Below, in pieces: positions 34,810 through 46,775 of a stretch of DNA of 64,000 bases. Origin of the DNA: an uncultured Nitrososphaerales archaeon (lineage in GTDB: Archaea; Thermoproteota; Nitrososphaeria; Nitrososphaerales; Nitrososphaeraceae); assembly GCA_963713605.1 (NCBI GenBank), contig CAVQMO010000001.1, positions 1,100,802 to 1,164,801 of the forward strand. Reading direction: 5' to 3'. Positions within the stretch are counted from its first letter, which is position 1; the number at the start of each line of letters is the position of its first letter. Position numbers and translations under genes: made by a program. The notes below the pieces were generated by a model that worked only from the letters and a program-made list of their open reading frames with translations, did not search any database and was not told where the DNA came from.

Positions 34810-36840
34810 ATGACATTTAAAGACATGATTCCCACTTTTAATGCGTCACGTTTAGCAACGGCAAAGAAATTTGAATCGATTCTGACGTATGTTTTCATAG
34901 GGATAACAATAGGAACATTAGGTCTGAGTACTATTCCCGCCAACAATTATTTGTTACAGGTGGCATACGCCTCATCTTCTTCAGGAGCTTCAACGGCAAC
35001 TGCAGCTGGCGACGCTGCGTCAGCGGCAGCAACTTCTGCAGGTGCTTCAGCTGCTGCTGCTGCAGCGGCTGATTCAGCTGCGTCAGCTGCAGCATCTGCA
35101 ACTGGCGGAAGTGCTGCTCCAGTAGCAGCGGGACAGGCTGCTCGCCTCCGCAGCAGCAGCGGCAGGTGCTTCGGCAGCCGACAGCGCAGCCGCTGGGTCA
35201 GCAGCCGCAGCGCCGCGAGCAGGTGCTTCGGCAGACGCAGCTCGCAGCGCTGGGTAGCAACTGCTGCAGCGGTTGGAAATGATGATGACGACGAAGATGA
35301 TGTTGCTGCCGCAGCATCGGGTTGCAGCTAGTGAGAACGGAGCTTCGAGCAGCAGCAGCAGCAGCGGCAGGAAGCGGTGCAGCAGCCGGGGCAGCTGCCA
35401 GGATCAGCTGCAGCCGCAGGCCGCAACGGCTGGCGGCAGGCTCATCTGCGGTTGCCTCAGCATCCGCATCGGCAGCTGCTGCCGCTGCAGCTGGTAGTTC
35501 TGCCACAGCTGCTGCCGGAGCAGGCTCAGCCGCGGCTACCGCAGCTGCGGCTGGTGAAGATCCAGCAGCGGCAGCAGCGAGGCAGCAGCTAGTGAAGCTG
35601 GAGCGTCTTCAGCAGCAGCATCGGCGGGCTGGCGAAGCGAGCTAGTGCTGCGGCATCGGCAACATCTTCTGCAGAAAATGTTGGCGCATCTGCGGCTGCC
35701 GCAGCAGCGGCCGGAGCAGCAGCAGGCGCTGCTCGCATCCAGTGGAGGAAACGAGGAGGAAGCGGCTGACTCGGCTGCAAGTGGAGCACAATTGGCAGGT
35801 GAACCTCCTGACGCAGTTCCGCCAGAACCAGATGATAACCTGCCTGCTCAATGTCCAGAGGGTACTGTATTTAGTACCAAGGCCGGTGAATGTGTATCAG
35901 AGGGTCCGCAACCCATAGGACCACAGGAAGAAGCAGAACAAGGAGAACCACAAGCCGAGCAATGTCCTGAAGGTGCTGTATTCAACGCGGAGATAGATGC
36001 TTGTTCGTTCCCACTGGGACCAGCTGATGAGGCAGATCAACAAGGAGAACCACAAGTCGAGCAATGTCCAGAGGGTACTGTATTTAGTACCAAGGCCGGT
36101 GAATGTGTATCAGAGGGTCCGCAACCCATAGGACCACAGGAAGAAGCAGAACAAGGAGAACCACAAGTCGAGCAATGTCCTGAAGGTGCTGTATTCAACG
36201 CGGAGATAGATGCTTGTTCGTTCCCACTGGGACCAGCTGATGAGGCAGATCAACAAGGAGAACCACAAGTCGAGCAATGTCCAGAGGGTACTGTATTGGT
36301 ACCAAGGCCGGTGAATGTGTATCAGAGGGTCCGCAACCCATAGGACCACAAGAAGATGAAGGTGAGCAAGGATGTCCACCAGGTACTTCTTTTGTTAAAG
36401 AGGGTTGTGTTCCAGATTCACAACCAATAGGACCACAAGAAGATCAAGAAGAACCTCAAGGTGATGAAGGTGGAGGGGATGGGGGCTCTATCAGAGAAGA
36501 TCTACTGGGCGGACTCGACAAAAAAGCGCCCGTGACAATCTCCGGAAACCATGTCTTCGTAACTTGGTGGACTAACCAAACAGGTGACAATAATGAAGTA
36601 ATGTTCAGAGCATCTGCAACCAACGGACAAACTTTCAGCGACAAAATAAACCTAAGTAATTCCACTGACGCAGATTCTCAGGATGCAAAGATAGAAGCAA
36701 CAGAAGGTGGTGACGTGATAATCACCTGGTGGGAGAGAAACCAGACAAGTGACGTACCCGTAGCAAGGATAAGTAACGATAATGGGACAACATTTGGACC
36801 CATTCTGATACTTGGTTCAAATGGAACTCTGGGGGAATAA
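34810..36840 (+). CDS. Large secreted mosaic protein: poly-Ala/Ser/Gly region, Cys-pair repeats, C-terminal BNR-like domain (several frameshifts)
   Basis: ORFs 34810, 35322, 35645 and 36277 are consecutive pieces; signal peptide ends AYA; C-terminus homologous to 34181..34751. Confidence 0.8.
35849..36352 (+). repeat. 213-bp (71-aa) tandem repeat, about 2.4 near-identical copies
   Basis: CAATGTCCAGAGGGTACTGTATT starts at 35849, 36062 and 36275. Confidence 0.95.
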
Positions 36841-37285
36841 TTGGAAGGAGAATAATAGGGATTGGACTAAGAGCCGATCCGTTTCAGTTTCAGTAATATA
36901 TGAAAGTATCAGAAGAGAACTAAGACTGACAGATCGAATCATGCAAATCAACCTGGTGTTTTTTTTATATAATGTTCCCTATCCCAGGCGAGAGGAGGCA
37001 AGAACAGGACACTCTTCTGGAAAAATTTGTTTATAACGATTATAATAATAACTTACTCCGTGTTCCTTTAGAGGGTTCCATTGCATTGTTCTCATTTATC
37101 TGCTCGGGGATTACTTATTATATTCCTGCGAGATATATATGACATAGTCGAAGGCAGCTTCTAGAGGTCGACATTGCTCAATCCTCATAATCATTTTTGA
37201 CGGACTAATTGTTACTATATAAGGAAATTGTATAGGGAATAAATAAAAAACTGAGGAAAAGATGAGAAAAAAAATATTTATTTAT

Positions 37286-38008
37286 TTATCTATTTAATGG
37301 CTTGGCGACTGCATCTACCGTATATGCTACTGTGAACTTTGAGCCATCCAACGTATGAAAAGACAAAGCATCTCCTGCGAAATTTGCAGAACCAGATGGT
37401 AGTGATGTTCCGCTAGCTGTCTTGAGGAGAGTAAATGCAATTGTCCCATTATCGATCTTCGCTGTTACTGGCTTACCGTGTTCGGCATCTGCGACGATGC
37501 TGGAGTTGTAACTATGCCATAGCTCAAGTTCGACAGGCTTGCTGGAAGCCCAGGAAATAGTGCCTACCCAGACTTTGCCGTCATCCCTTGCAGGAAGTAC
37601 TTTAACTATTTGATGTGTCTCGTGTATAGGTAGCGTACCCGCATTTGAGACGGCGGTTTTCTGTGCCGTAAACTCGTCATCCATACTCGAATTAGTGGTT
37701 GTTGGCTGGGGGTTTACCGATGTCGATTGTGCATATGCCACATTTGCCGGCGCTCCAGCCGAAGCAGTATAATATACTCCTAAACCCACTTCTGCCGATG
37801 CGAAGACTGTGACTGCGATGGCAATTACAATAGCCTCTTTTTTCTTGTACGCTTGTTCTCGTTGTAGAGAGATCATATTATCACTAATAGAAGTAACAGT
37901 AGATAATAGTATTGCTCCTGTTGGCGGTGATGCGGCCGCCGCCCTCTGCTTAGGTAATGCCCCCAAGTGTGCCGGGGTCTTATCTTCGATGTCCTCGGAA
38001 AGTCTCAC
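37286..38008 (-). CDS. Secreted protein, paralog of 50201 and 51083; true start probably downstream of 38008
   Basis: LPARDDGKVWVGTISWASSKPV and GSANFAGDALSF..DG..F.VAY. Confidence 0.78.
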   Translation of the reverse strand: MRLSEDIEDKTPAHLGALPKQRAAAASPPTGAILLSTVTSISDNMISLQREQAYKKKEAIVIAIAVTVFASAEVGLGVYYTASAGAPANVAYAQSTSVNPQPTTTNSSMDDEFTAQKTAVSNAGTLPIHETHQIVKVLPARDDGKVWVGTISWASSKPVELELWHSYNSSIVADAEHGKPVTAKIDNGTIAFTLLKTASGTSLPSGSANFAGDALSFHTLDGSKFTVAYTVDAVAKPLNR

Positions 38009-38717
38009 TCACCAAATATTGTGGAAAAAGAATCCCAGGTATCATAGTAGGGTGCAGCATCTAAGAGGAAAACGCATATTTGTTAATTTATTTCGGGGGG
38101 GTGCTACCCTATATTCGTTGACGAATTTGCATGCATGATATTGCCCTCCATGGTAATTTGTCCTGGAAGCCTGTCCTTGGAACTTGCCTCAGGATTAATC
38201 CTTCTGGATTGGGTGGGCACTTCCAATACTTTGTAGAAACCAGTACCTGTATCAAAGTGAATACTAGTCATATTATCAATAATTAATTTTAGGATACCTT
38301 CCAGAATTTATTAATACGACCGTATCGGTGCTATGCTGATCAGATTAGATGCAGTCCTCTTCTTGGTGAATATCTGCTACATTTGTGGAGTTTCTGTACG
38401 TTTTTCTGTCATATATGTGACTGCTGTGGCCACGTATACATGTTGCTGGCTAAAGAACTGCGGCTGGTTGATTAAAAGGAATCAGGAACGCAAACACTAG
38501 CGAATTTAATCACTCTATCTATACAAAAAAAGTCGATGTATAGAATTCTTATAATCTCTATTATAAGTAGTAGCATCTTTTGATTGGAATGGTGGGGGTT
38601 GGGGCTGGCTATTGAGCCAGTCTTATTCTTATCAGAATCTGTGTCATTTATTATGCTGGTTGCTGTATCCAGAGATTGCGTGCATACATATATGAGTAAT
38701 AGGATCTCACTTAAGAT

Positions 38718-39044
38718 ATGTCTGAAAAATCGCCGGATACTAATAAAGAGACTACTGGGAACAGAGAAGATAATATCAAAAAATACGCTGAGCTTATCGA
38801 ACGATATCTCAAGAATCAGACCCTCCCGCTCTCAGAAAACGATATTGTCAAAGAAGTTCTTAAAATCAACTTGGATACTGACGACGATATACCTTCCTCA
38901 GAACACGATCTTGAAAGGCTGGCAGAAGTTAGAGGGTCATTAAGAACTCTAGTATCCCAAGGAAAGGTGTTTCAGACATTAGTTCTGGATCCGCAAACCA
39001 AAGAACAAACACCCTACTACATATGGGAGAAAGACGAGAATTAA
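38718..39044 (+). CDS. Hypothetical protein, possibly winged helix
   Basis: 108-aa ATG ORF; PLSENDI...L..LVSQGKV. Confidence 0.6.
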   Translation: MSEKSPDTNKETTGNREDNIKKYAELIERYLKNQTLPLSENDIVKEVLKINLDTDDDIPSSEHDLERLAEVRGSLRTLVSQGKVFQTLVLDPQTKEQTPYYIWEKDEN

Positions 39045-39518
39045 TGAGTAACTTGAAGGGACTAATGTAGCAAAGTTATGCCTCTCATTATCTTGGTTGT
39101 TCTCTTCCTCTGATGGCCCCTCTTTAAGAATACCTTCCTCTCCCCGAGGCATATCTTCCTCGATTTCCTGTTCGATAATACTATGCTTTTATATCCTCTG
39201 AATATTCTTTTACGTTATTTGGAGGGAGTTCCGGCTTTTAAAAAAAGTAAGCTGCATTTCAGAACAACAATACGCGGTATCGCAAATATTCCATCAAATT
39301 TTTTCGATCGAAAATGAATTGAAAATGCCTACAAAATTACAATTCATATAAAGTAGTTTCTTCTGAAGATAAAGTCTAATCTAAAGGTCAAAATAGTGAG
39401 TGACGTTGGGATAATTTGAGAAGGAGAAGCCGGAACGAAACCAACTATATTGTCAGGGCAAAAAAAGAAAAGGCTCTAAAGGTTCGTATGTGCTGATGCT
39501 TTATTTGTTATTCCGTTA

Positions 39519-40178
39519 TTAGGGGAGTACGATGGTCTTGTCTGCCGGAGTTACGTTGTCCACACATACTGCTTTCAGATTTTGAGCGGATGGTAACGGC
39601 ACTAGATCAAAGGCTACTGCTTGTCGGACATCATTTCCTGGTCTCAGCGTAATTGGGCCATCAGGATGCAGAGCATCTGGCGAGCGGAATTCCCTTGGAA
39701 TGTTTTGCATGAAAGCTAACTGATTGTCGACAGTAACTCGTCCCGGTTGGTTTAGGGTTATTTTGTCTACCTGGAAAGGTGCTCCTGCCTTTGCACATAG
39801 GGACCCTGGGGCTGGTGTTTTGAGGCTTACAAAATGATTGTGCCATACAGGATCAAACTTATCTTTCTGTACTGAGCTATCGAGAACACCTGCATGCGTT
39901 GTTGTCACTATTACAGCGGAGGTTTGTACCGATCCTCCTTTGGCAGTTAAGAGTCCATAGCCAAATGCACCCCCTTTTCCGTCCTTAGGTATTACACCGT
40001 GTGCGATAAGAGCAGCGTACAGTCCTTTTGGAGTTTTCAACACTAGTGCCCTGTCCAACTTTAGCAGGTCAGTTAGTGCTGATACCAATATCGGGGATAT
40101 AAGTATCATTGCGGCTAAGGCGGCAGCTATTAGAGAGCCATACAAGATTTTGGTGTTGCCAGCGATTGGGTTTCGCAT
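39519..40178 (-). CDS. Secreted hypothetical protein
   Basis: Signal peptide; GAFGYG, TTHAGVLDS, WHNHFV (His-rich, possible metal site). Confidence 0.8.
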   Translation of the reverse strand: MRNPIAGNTKILYGSLIAAALAAMILISPILVSALTDLLKLDRALVLKTPKGLYAALIAHGVIPKDGKGGAFGYGLLTAKGGSVQTSAVIVTTTHAGVLDSSVQKDKFDPVWHNHFVSLKTPAPGSLCAKAGAPFQVDKITLNQPGRVTVDNQLAFMQNIPREFRSPDALHPDGPITLRPGNDVRQAVAFDLVPLPSAQNLKAVCVDNVTPADKTIVLP

Positions 40179-40886
40179 TTCAAGTCGATATTTGCGTTAT
40201 TGGTTTATTAGAAATAGGATCACTAGGACGATCACTTAAATCAGATAAAAGAGAGGGGAAATTGTTGGATAGCGACAATATTTCTATTATTGTCTATAAA
40301 GGGGGCTGTTTTATCCAGAATTACTCAAATCTTTCCTTCTTCCAAGAAATACCATTCCGATTCTTTGTTCTGCCATCGACCTCTGGGCCACTGGGTTACT
40401 GAAGACAGTAATACTGCACATACTCTCAAGGAGGTATTGGTTCAGGACCAGGATTTTGGATTTCGAACATCCATCCTCTACCCTGTATACTTGTTCTAAC
40501 ACAAATGCAGGATTTATCTCGCTGCTTTGCGCTACCGGGGGTTGGTTAACCACAAAGTATGTGCCTCAGGCCGCAATTTCATCTGCATCACAAAGTTCAA
40601 ATAATAATATAGTGGAGTCTGTCCAAGGATTTATCTCATTCCCAATTGCTGATTTGGTTCCTGCTCCCCCTCTTTCTGGTCCTTCTGGACCGGCTGAAGC
40701 TTCCCTGTTAGTCTGTTAGGAACATTCTTTGCGCCTTGTTTATTGGGATTAATGTTTACAGCTTGAGACCTTCTGCGGGCCAGCTGTTTGCAAGTGAGGA
40801 GGAAGTTTCAAAGGTATTATCAAATGTTAATATCTAACGATTCTAGAGCCTTAGATTCGCAGATTATTAGTACTAAATGGCTCTGA

Positions 40887-40918
40887 AAAAAGAAAAAAAG
40901 GACGGAAAAAGGTCCGTC
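40887..40918 (-). terminator. Hairpin plus U-tract after the poly-Ala gene
   Basis: GACGGA-aaaagg-TCCGTC next to an A run (T run on the minus strand). Confidence 0.55.
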
Positions 40919-40942
40919 AGTTTGCTTTGCGCTAAACTAGGG

Positions 40943-41432
40943 CTAGTCGTCGCCGCTGCCGCTAGATGCTGCCTGCTGCCGCTGAAGAGCCGCCGTCATC
41001 ATCGCCGCCGCTAGATGCTGCCGCTGCTGCTGAAGAGCGCCGTCATCATCGCCGCCGCTAGATGCTGCCTGCTGCTGCTGAAGAGCCGCCGTCATCATCC
41101 TCGCCGTGGTCGCCGTGGTCGTCACCCCTATAATCGCCGTGGTGGTCGTCTCCATGGCGGTCGTCATCTTCTTCGTCGCCACTTGCTGCTGCCGCTGCTG
41201 CTGCAGATCCACCTGCCGCTGCTGCCGCTGCTGCCGAGTCACAGCTGAGCTGCTGCCGCCTGCTGCTCGCGTTACCTGCTGCCGCTGCCGCTGCCGCTGC
41301 TGAATCACAGTCGTCGTCATGATCATCGTGGTCGTCACCTGCAAAAACTGCCTGTGGAGTCACCGATACTCCGGAGACTAAAGCTCCTAACGTTAACAAC
41401 ACTGCCAATGGTAGTACTAATTTTGATTCCAT
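40943..41432 (-). CDS. Secreted low-complexity poly-Ala / Asp-His-rich repeat protein (frameshifted)
   Basis: Signal MESKLVLPLAVLL...VFA, DDHDDHDDD, AAAAAA runs, three GGDDDGGSSAAAAASS-type units at 40945-41100. Confidence 0.8.
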
Positions 41433-41834
41433 CTTCTTATAGAGGAAAATTATATAATATTTAAAGGTTCAGAACATCTGTAACTTAACATTAGCTGTTT
41501 TGGCCTAGAAATTTATATTAAGTTATGTTAAGGTATCTTTCTAACGTGGGTTGCAACAGGTCTTGTTTGCCCAATCGTGACGATTTAGTTTAGTTTATGA
41601 AGCCAAGGCAAACTCCTGTTGTTGAGTCATTATTTTCATTTCTCTTCCGGCCAATTTATCCGGTTTTTATCTATACAACCCACCCTAATTCGTAAGGAGA
41701 CTGGGCTATCCGTTCCCCTGTCGACATAAATGTCATATCAAAGGTCATAACAATAATGACTCTCTAGGCACTCCAACTTGCAAAAAATGGTCGTCATTCA
41801 TTTCAGGAAAATTGTTTGGGTCTTAGGAATAGTG

Positions 41835-42128
41835 TTATTGAAGATCCTTAATAATCTTCATTCCTTCCTCAGCACTAAAGGCTTTCAAGGTTTTGGTTCT
41901 CACATTCCCAGCCGACCCAACTTTGAGCATCAGAGACATTACCGATTCATCATTTGGTGCTTCTATGATGATTACTACATCATATTCTCCGAAAGTATAG
42001 TAACCTCCAACTAATTTTCCGCCTACTTTCTCGACCGATGTTTTAAAGGAATTATACCGGTCTGAAGACTCATTGATCTTGGCAATGCCTTGTTCTGTCC
42101 AATTTATGAGTAAGATATAGTGTGACAA
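41835..42128 (-). CDS. GYD-domain protein
   Basis: WTEQG, YYTFGEYDVV, GNVRTKTLKAF. Confidence 0.9.
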   Translation of the reverse strand: MSHYILLINWTEQGIAKINESSDRYNSFKTSVEKVGGKLVGGYYTFGEYDVVIIIEAPNDESVMSLMLKVGSAGNVRTKTLKAFSAEEGMKIIKDLQ

Positions 42129-42471
42129 GTGTAACAGACAGATACCTAGGCTACTATTTATATCTCACAGATGTAACTAGTTGCTATCGTTAGATTAAAT
42201 CACTATTCTCGCCCCAATTGCTGGCTTATTTGCTTGCTTTGAATATCATATAATTTTTCTCTCATCCCTTTCGCATTTAGTGCTGGCCAACCCATTTCGA
42301 GTAAGCAAACTTTGCATCACTGCATTCATTTAGCAACTTTAGGTGCCTTGGACTGGTGGTCTAATTTATTTATGGCTATCTGTAATGATCGAATATGAGA
42401 ATGGAATCTAAGAGTATGCTAAATATTGTGTTGTATCTGTTCTATTAATTAGGAGTTTAAAGCACCGACAT

Positions 42472-42751
42472 TCAAAGAATGAAAAAGAAAAGAGGAGCCG
42501 TAGTAGCTTTTACGGAGAGTCTTCGTTGACCCGCTATCCCTACGGCGTTCTCGTCGCCTTGTATTTGCGAGCCAAGGTTTTGACAGAATACATTCAATGG
42601 AAGTTCTCCATTTCCGCAGGCATTAGCCTGTGATGTTGCTTGATTGTACTCTCTTCTTGTCTGCAAAGGCACTGTCTGTTGTTGCAAGTGCGGTCGCTCC
42701 GATCAGCATCGCTGTCATTGCTGCCACAATTACAAAATATTTGGTGTTCAT
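42472..42751 (-). CDS. Small secreted Cys-pair peptide P2 (frameshift near 42650; 3' end uncertain)
   Basis: MNTKYFVIVAAMTAMLIGATALATTDSAFA then YNQATSQANACGNGELPLNVFCQNLGSQIQGDENAVG. Confidence 0.85.
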
Positions 42752-42809
42752 GTTTCTATTAACTTGAATGGATCCTCGTTTATCTGGATTAAGCAAATTC
42801 AGGCTCTTC

Positions 42810-42823
42810 CTTAAATCTGATAA
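42810..42823 (-). promoter_or_regulatory. Distal box TATCAGATTTAAG (also at 48085 and 59242; one-mismatch copies at 40235 and 10551)
   Basis: Plus strand CTTAAATCTGATA, 57-64 nt upstream of five minus-strand secreted-protein starts. Confidence 0.7.
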
Positions 42824-43190
42824 TTTTTCTGTGAGAAATATTGAAAAATTAAAAGGACTTGCGCACAGCTAATTGTTTTACACTCCTAGATCATTAAATC
42901 CGACTACCGTATTAGCCCTGCATAATAATGAGCTCTAATGCATAAAGATGCTTTAGCCTTCGCATCGCGAATATAGACCATCAAAACTATTAGACTACAC
43001 TATTGCTCGTCGCGTTAAGGAAGTCATCGATATGATAGTAGAGTTTGTTGGTGCATTATTTCTCTCACACTATGTATGAGATTGTAGAATCTGGCAGGCT
43101 TTGGGATTGTTCCTTTGACGATCATAATACTCTATTCTGGAATTAGGTTTGCTGCTCTACTCCTACCAACGTTACCAATGCCACATCACC

Positions 43191-43312
43191 ACGATAATTA
43201 AGTCTTATCGCGATAAGCCCTTGGCGTTTTCTTTGTCATGAGCAACCACATAACTACGATAATTAGGTCTTATCGCGATGAGCCCTTGCGTTTTCTTTGT
43301 CACGAGCAACCC
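43191..43312. repeat. Two-copy ~65-bp tandem duplication
   Basis: ACGATAATTA(A/G)GTCTTATCGCGAT(A/G)AGCCCTTG...GAGCAACC at 43191 and 43256. Confidence 0.9.
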
Positions 43313-43889
43313 CCCAATCTTGGATTATCTTCAAAATATCAAGTTAACGATGTCTTAAGGCAGAAAGTATCTATTACAGATAGAAATCCCTACGGTTTCT
43401 AAGCTCCTCATTGACACAAGAAACTATATGAAATGCCATTGTTCCACTCTCTCCTAATCTTTTAACAATTTCTGCATAGAGATTTTCTCTTATCTCTTTA
43501 GCTCTTTGGAATTTACCGATTAACCATATTGGTGCGCGTTTTTCACTAATTCGCTATTGACATTCTCGTTTCCTTTCCTACCATGAAAGTCTATAAATCC
43601 ACCTTCACGACTAAAATCCTCAAAACTGGATTAATTGCCCATTTCTATTATTTCTTTAGCCATTGCATATTTCACTGGATACTCAATATCTGGAATACTC
43701 TAGTAACAAGATCCAGGATCAATTTAGTGTAGAAAAAGGGGTTGATAATACCCTCTAAAATGTTATAACTGTTTATGATCGCTAAATCAGATCTATTTAT
43801 CCTATGGCTGTTTTGACGATTTGTCGTAAATAGTTTGTTTGCCCTGAAAATCTTAATCTATAGATATGATGCTCCCAAGTATAGGAATT

Positions 43890-46230
43890 AGGAACACTAC
43901 ATTTCATCTAACGAAGAGGTTTACGTCGGTTGCAGCGTTCGTAATATTTGCATTTTTACTTTTTATGCAGACCGTAGGAGCTTCCTTGGAGCAGGCAGCA
44001 ACCTCACAACAGCAACCTCCCTGATCTGGTCAGCTTCGTGCCGATTCCAATAGCCGTTCCTCTCAATACGGATTCTAATAAAGGAAACATAACTCCAAAT
44101 AGTGAGGGAAATTCAATACCAAATAATCCATCTATCACGCAAGCTGCCACCTGTCAAAAATTGGCAGTGCCTTCTGCAACAGCAAATGGTAACGACGGTA
44201 ACGTACCATCGAACGCCTTAGACAACGACCTTAATACCAGATGGTCAAACAATGGTATTGGTTCATGGATTCAACTTGACTTGGGAGCAAAGAAAAGCAT
44301 ATGCAGTGTAGACATTGCTTGGCATCGAGGCAGTGAAGGTAGAATAAATAATTTTATGATTCAATGGTCAAGTGATGGAGTTAATTTCTCACCTAAGACC
44401 CCTCGAACAAGTAGCGGTACCACTTCCTCTTTAGAAAGATATGCAATGCCAGCAGGCACAGAGGCAAGATATATGAGAATTACAGTGAACGGAAATAATG
44501 AGAATGACTGGGCCAGTATATCGGAGATTGCGGTTTTCGGGGGCAACCCCAGGTACCTGGAGGCAGTAGTGGGGGGATCCTCTACCATAAATGGCAGAAT
44601 ATTCCAAGTAAGAGTAATATCTGGTCTGCATGGGTGAACATCGGAAGTGCCATAAATATACGAGGAGATCCGATAGTAGCTCAGAATTCTGGTGGAAGAC
44701 TAGAGGTATTTGCAGTAAATGCAGCAAATAACCAGCTGTACCACAAATGGCAGAATATTGCAAGTAATAGTGATAGCTGGTCAGCATGGGTGAACATTGG
44801 CAGTGGGATAACTATAAGAGGAACTCCTATAGTAGCCAAGAACCTTGATGGAAGATTAGAAGTATTTGCAGTAAATGCAGCAAATAACCAACTCTACCAC
44901 AAATGGCAGACCAAAGCTGGAGATAGCAATAGCTGGTCGGCGTGGGAGGTACTGGGTCTAAACGTCAAGAGCGGGACGAACCCTGTCATTGTTTCTAACA
45001 AGGATGGAAGATTAGAGGTATTTGCAGTAAATGCAGCAAATAACCAACTCTACCACAAATGGCAGAACTCTCCGAACAGTAGGTACCAGCTGGTCTGCCT
45101 GGGTGAACATTGGCAGTGCAATAACCATAAGAGGAGATCCTGTAATAGCGATGAACTCCGATGGAAGATTAGAGGCCTTCGCAGTAAACCCAGAGGCCAG
45201 CGCAAATAAGCCTCCAACAGCAGACCCAAAATCTGTAACTACTAGCATGAATACAGCAAAAGACATTACACTCACTGGTAAGGATCCAGAGAACGGGCCA
45301 CTTACATTTGCAGTAGTCGATCCTCCAGATCATGGAGGGTTGACTAACGTCGCAGGGGAGCAAACATAAAGAAGTACACTCCTACTACTGGTTTTACAGG
45401 TCAGGATAGTTTTACCTATACAGCAAAGGATAACAAAGGAGCGTGAGTGCCAAAGCAACCGTAAGTGTTACTGTATTGAAGCCAGGAGGTCCTCCAACTC
45501 ATACTGATTTTCCATACGCATTCGTTGGTTCACCTCAAGGTATGAAGGATGAAGGATGGGATACCAGGCACTACGCTTCAGGAAAACCTGACGACATAAC
45601 TCATGAATGGAGTGGAGAAACTTCTGCTCAAAATTACGCGATCATAATAGACATCACGATAACAAAGATCGATCATGATGATACTATAAGTTTCAAATTT
45701 GGAGGCACTCATATGGGAGCGGTTGGTACGACAATACTTACTCATTTAATTCAGGTCAGGCTTGTATTGGAAAAGAAGAAGATCATCCATCAACTGACCT
45801 ATGTGTGGTTTCTGGAAAAAGTATCGGCAATCTTGTCAATACTCCTGTCAAATTAGCAGCCGTAAATATCGGGAAAGGCGAGAAGCTAGAGATGTATAGC
45901 AATCTAGGTTCAGGATGGACAAAAGACGTAGAGAGCTCAAATGGTGTTGACGGATTCAGACCACAGGTAGATGAGGATGAGGTTGTAATCCGGATTGATG
46001 GTGCTCCAGGAATTGAGATGCGTTCAGCCCAGATAGTCGAGATAGATCCTGCTTCAGGCGGTATCACTACTGCTGTTCCCACTACTACACTTACGCCAAC
46101 TCCTCCTGGTAATATGGCCAGTACCGAAGATGACGGTTGGACTGAAGGTGACTATGAAGGAACTTCTGAGGAGAAAAATAAACTAGCACGACAAGATTGG
46201 GAAGGCGCTGGTAGACCAGGTGATAAGTAA
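43890..46230 (+). CDS. Multidomain surface lectin/adhesin: F5/8-C (CBM32-like), Trp-rich propeller repeats, Ig-like domain, C-terminal domain; several frameshifts, start approximate
   Basis: NALDNDLNTRWS...WIQLDLG...ARYMRI...SISEI; about four GRLEVFAVNAANNQLYHKWQ...WSAW blades; NKPPTA...ITLTGKDPE..LTF. Confidence 0.82.
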
Positions 46231-46479
46231 GATGGTGATGATGAAGACCGATACTCGGGCCTACCAACTCCATCATAAGCTGGAGAAACAGGGATTGTAG
46301 ATCGTGATAGCGGAGGTTTGTTAATCCTCAAGAACCTTGTCCAGACAACGAAGAAAAGCCAGTCATGATTCTCTGTCCGGGTGGAGTGACAGCACGTCGA
46401 ATTTGTAACAGAACTTGAAATAGATAAAACCATATATTATGAAATCGCAGAAACTATGTTGAGATGCGCGCTTGATCAT

Positions 46480-46686
46480 CGTTGTCAACTCATAATAATA
46501 TTTCTTCTTTGATGCTTTGAACGATAATATTGTAAATTTTTCTGCAAGTTCCCTCATGACTATGAATCTTTTTGCTGCGATGCAATTTTGGCCAGTATTT
46601 AACAATCTCGCATAAGCTGCTTGAGTCACGGTATGATTTAGATCTGCATCTTCTAAGACAATAAAGGGGTCACTTCCTCCCAACTC
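46480..46686 (-). pseudogene. Aldehyde dehydrogenase internal fragment
   Basis: [16 protein letters not shown]...[14 protein letters not shown]; the rest of the gene is absent. Confidence 0.85.
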
Positions 46687-46691
46687 TTTGT

Positions 46692-46775
46692 GTTAGAGAT
46701 CTAATTCTTCAAAATCTTAGTAGCTGCCTAAAGGCTGTTGTTACAGGATCTTCCAAGCAAGAATTAGATACTATA
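46692..46775 (+). pseudogene. 84-bp fragment of a HAD phosphatase paralog
   Basis: [28 protein letters not shown] versus VRKLILQGLEKSCLKAVVTGSSKQELDII in 32805..33521. Confidence 0.85.

Noticed and set aside
35849..36352. CRISPR array (also considered for 43191 and the 44.6-45.2 kb repeats)
   Set aside because: Repeats are in-frame coding units or two-copy duplications without unique spacers; no cas genes.
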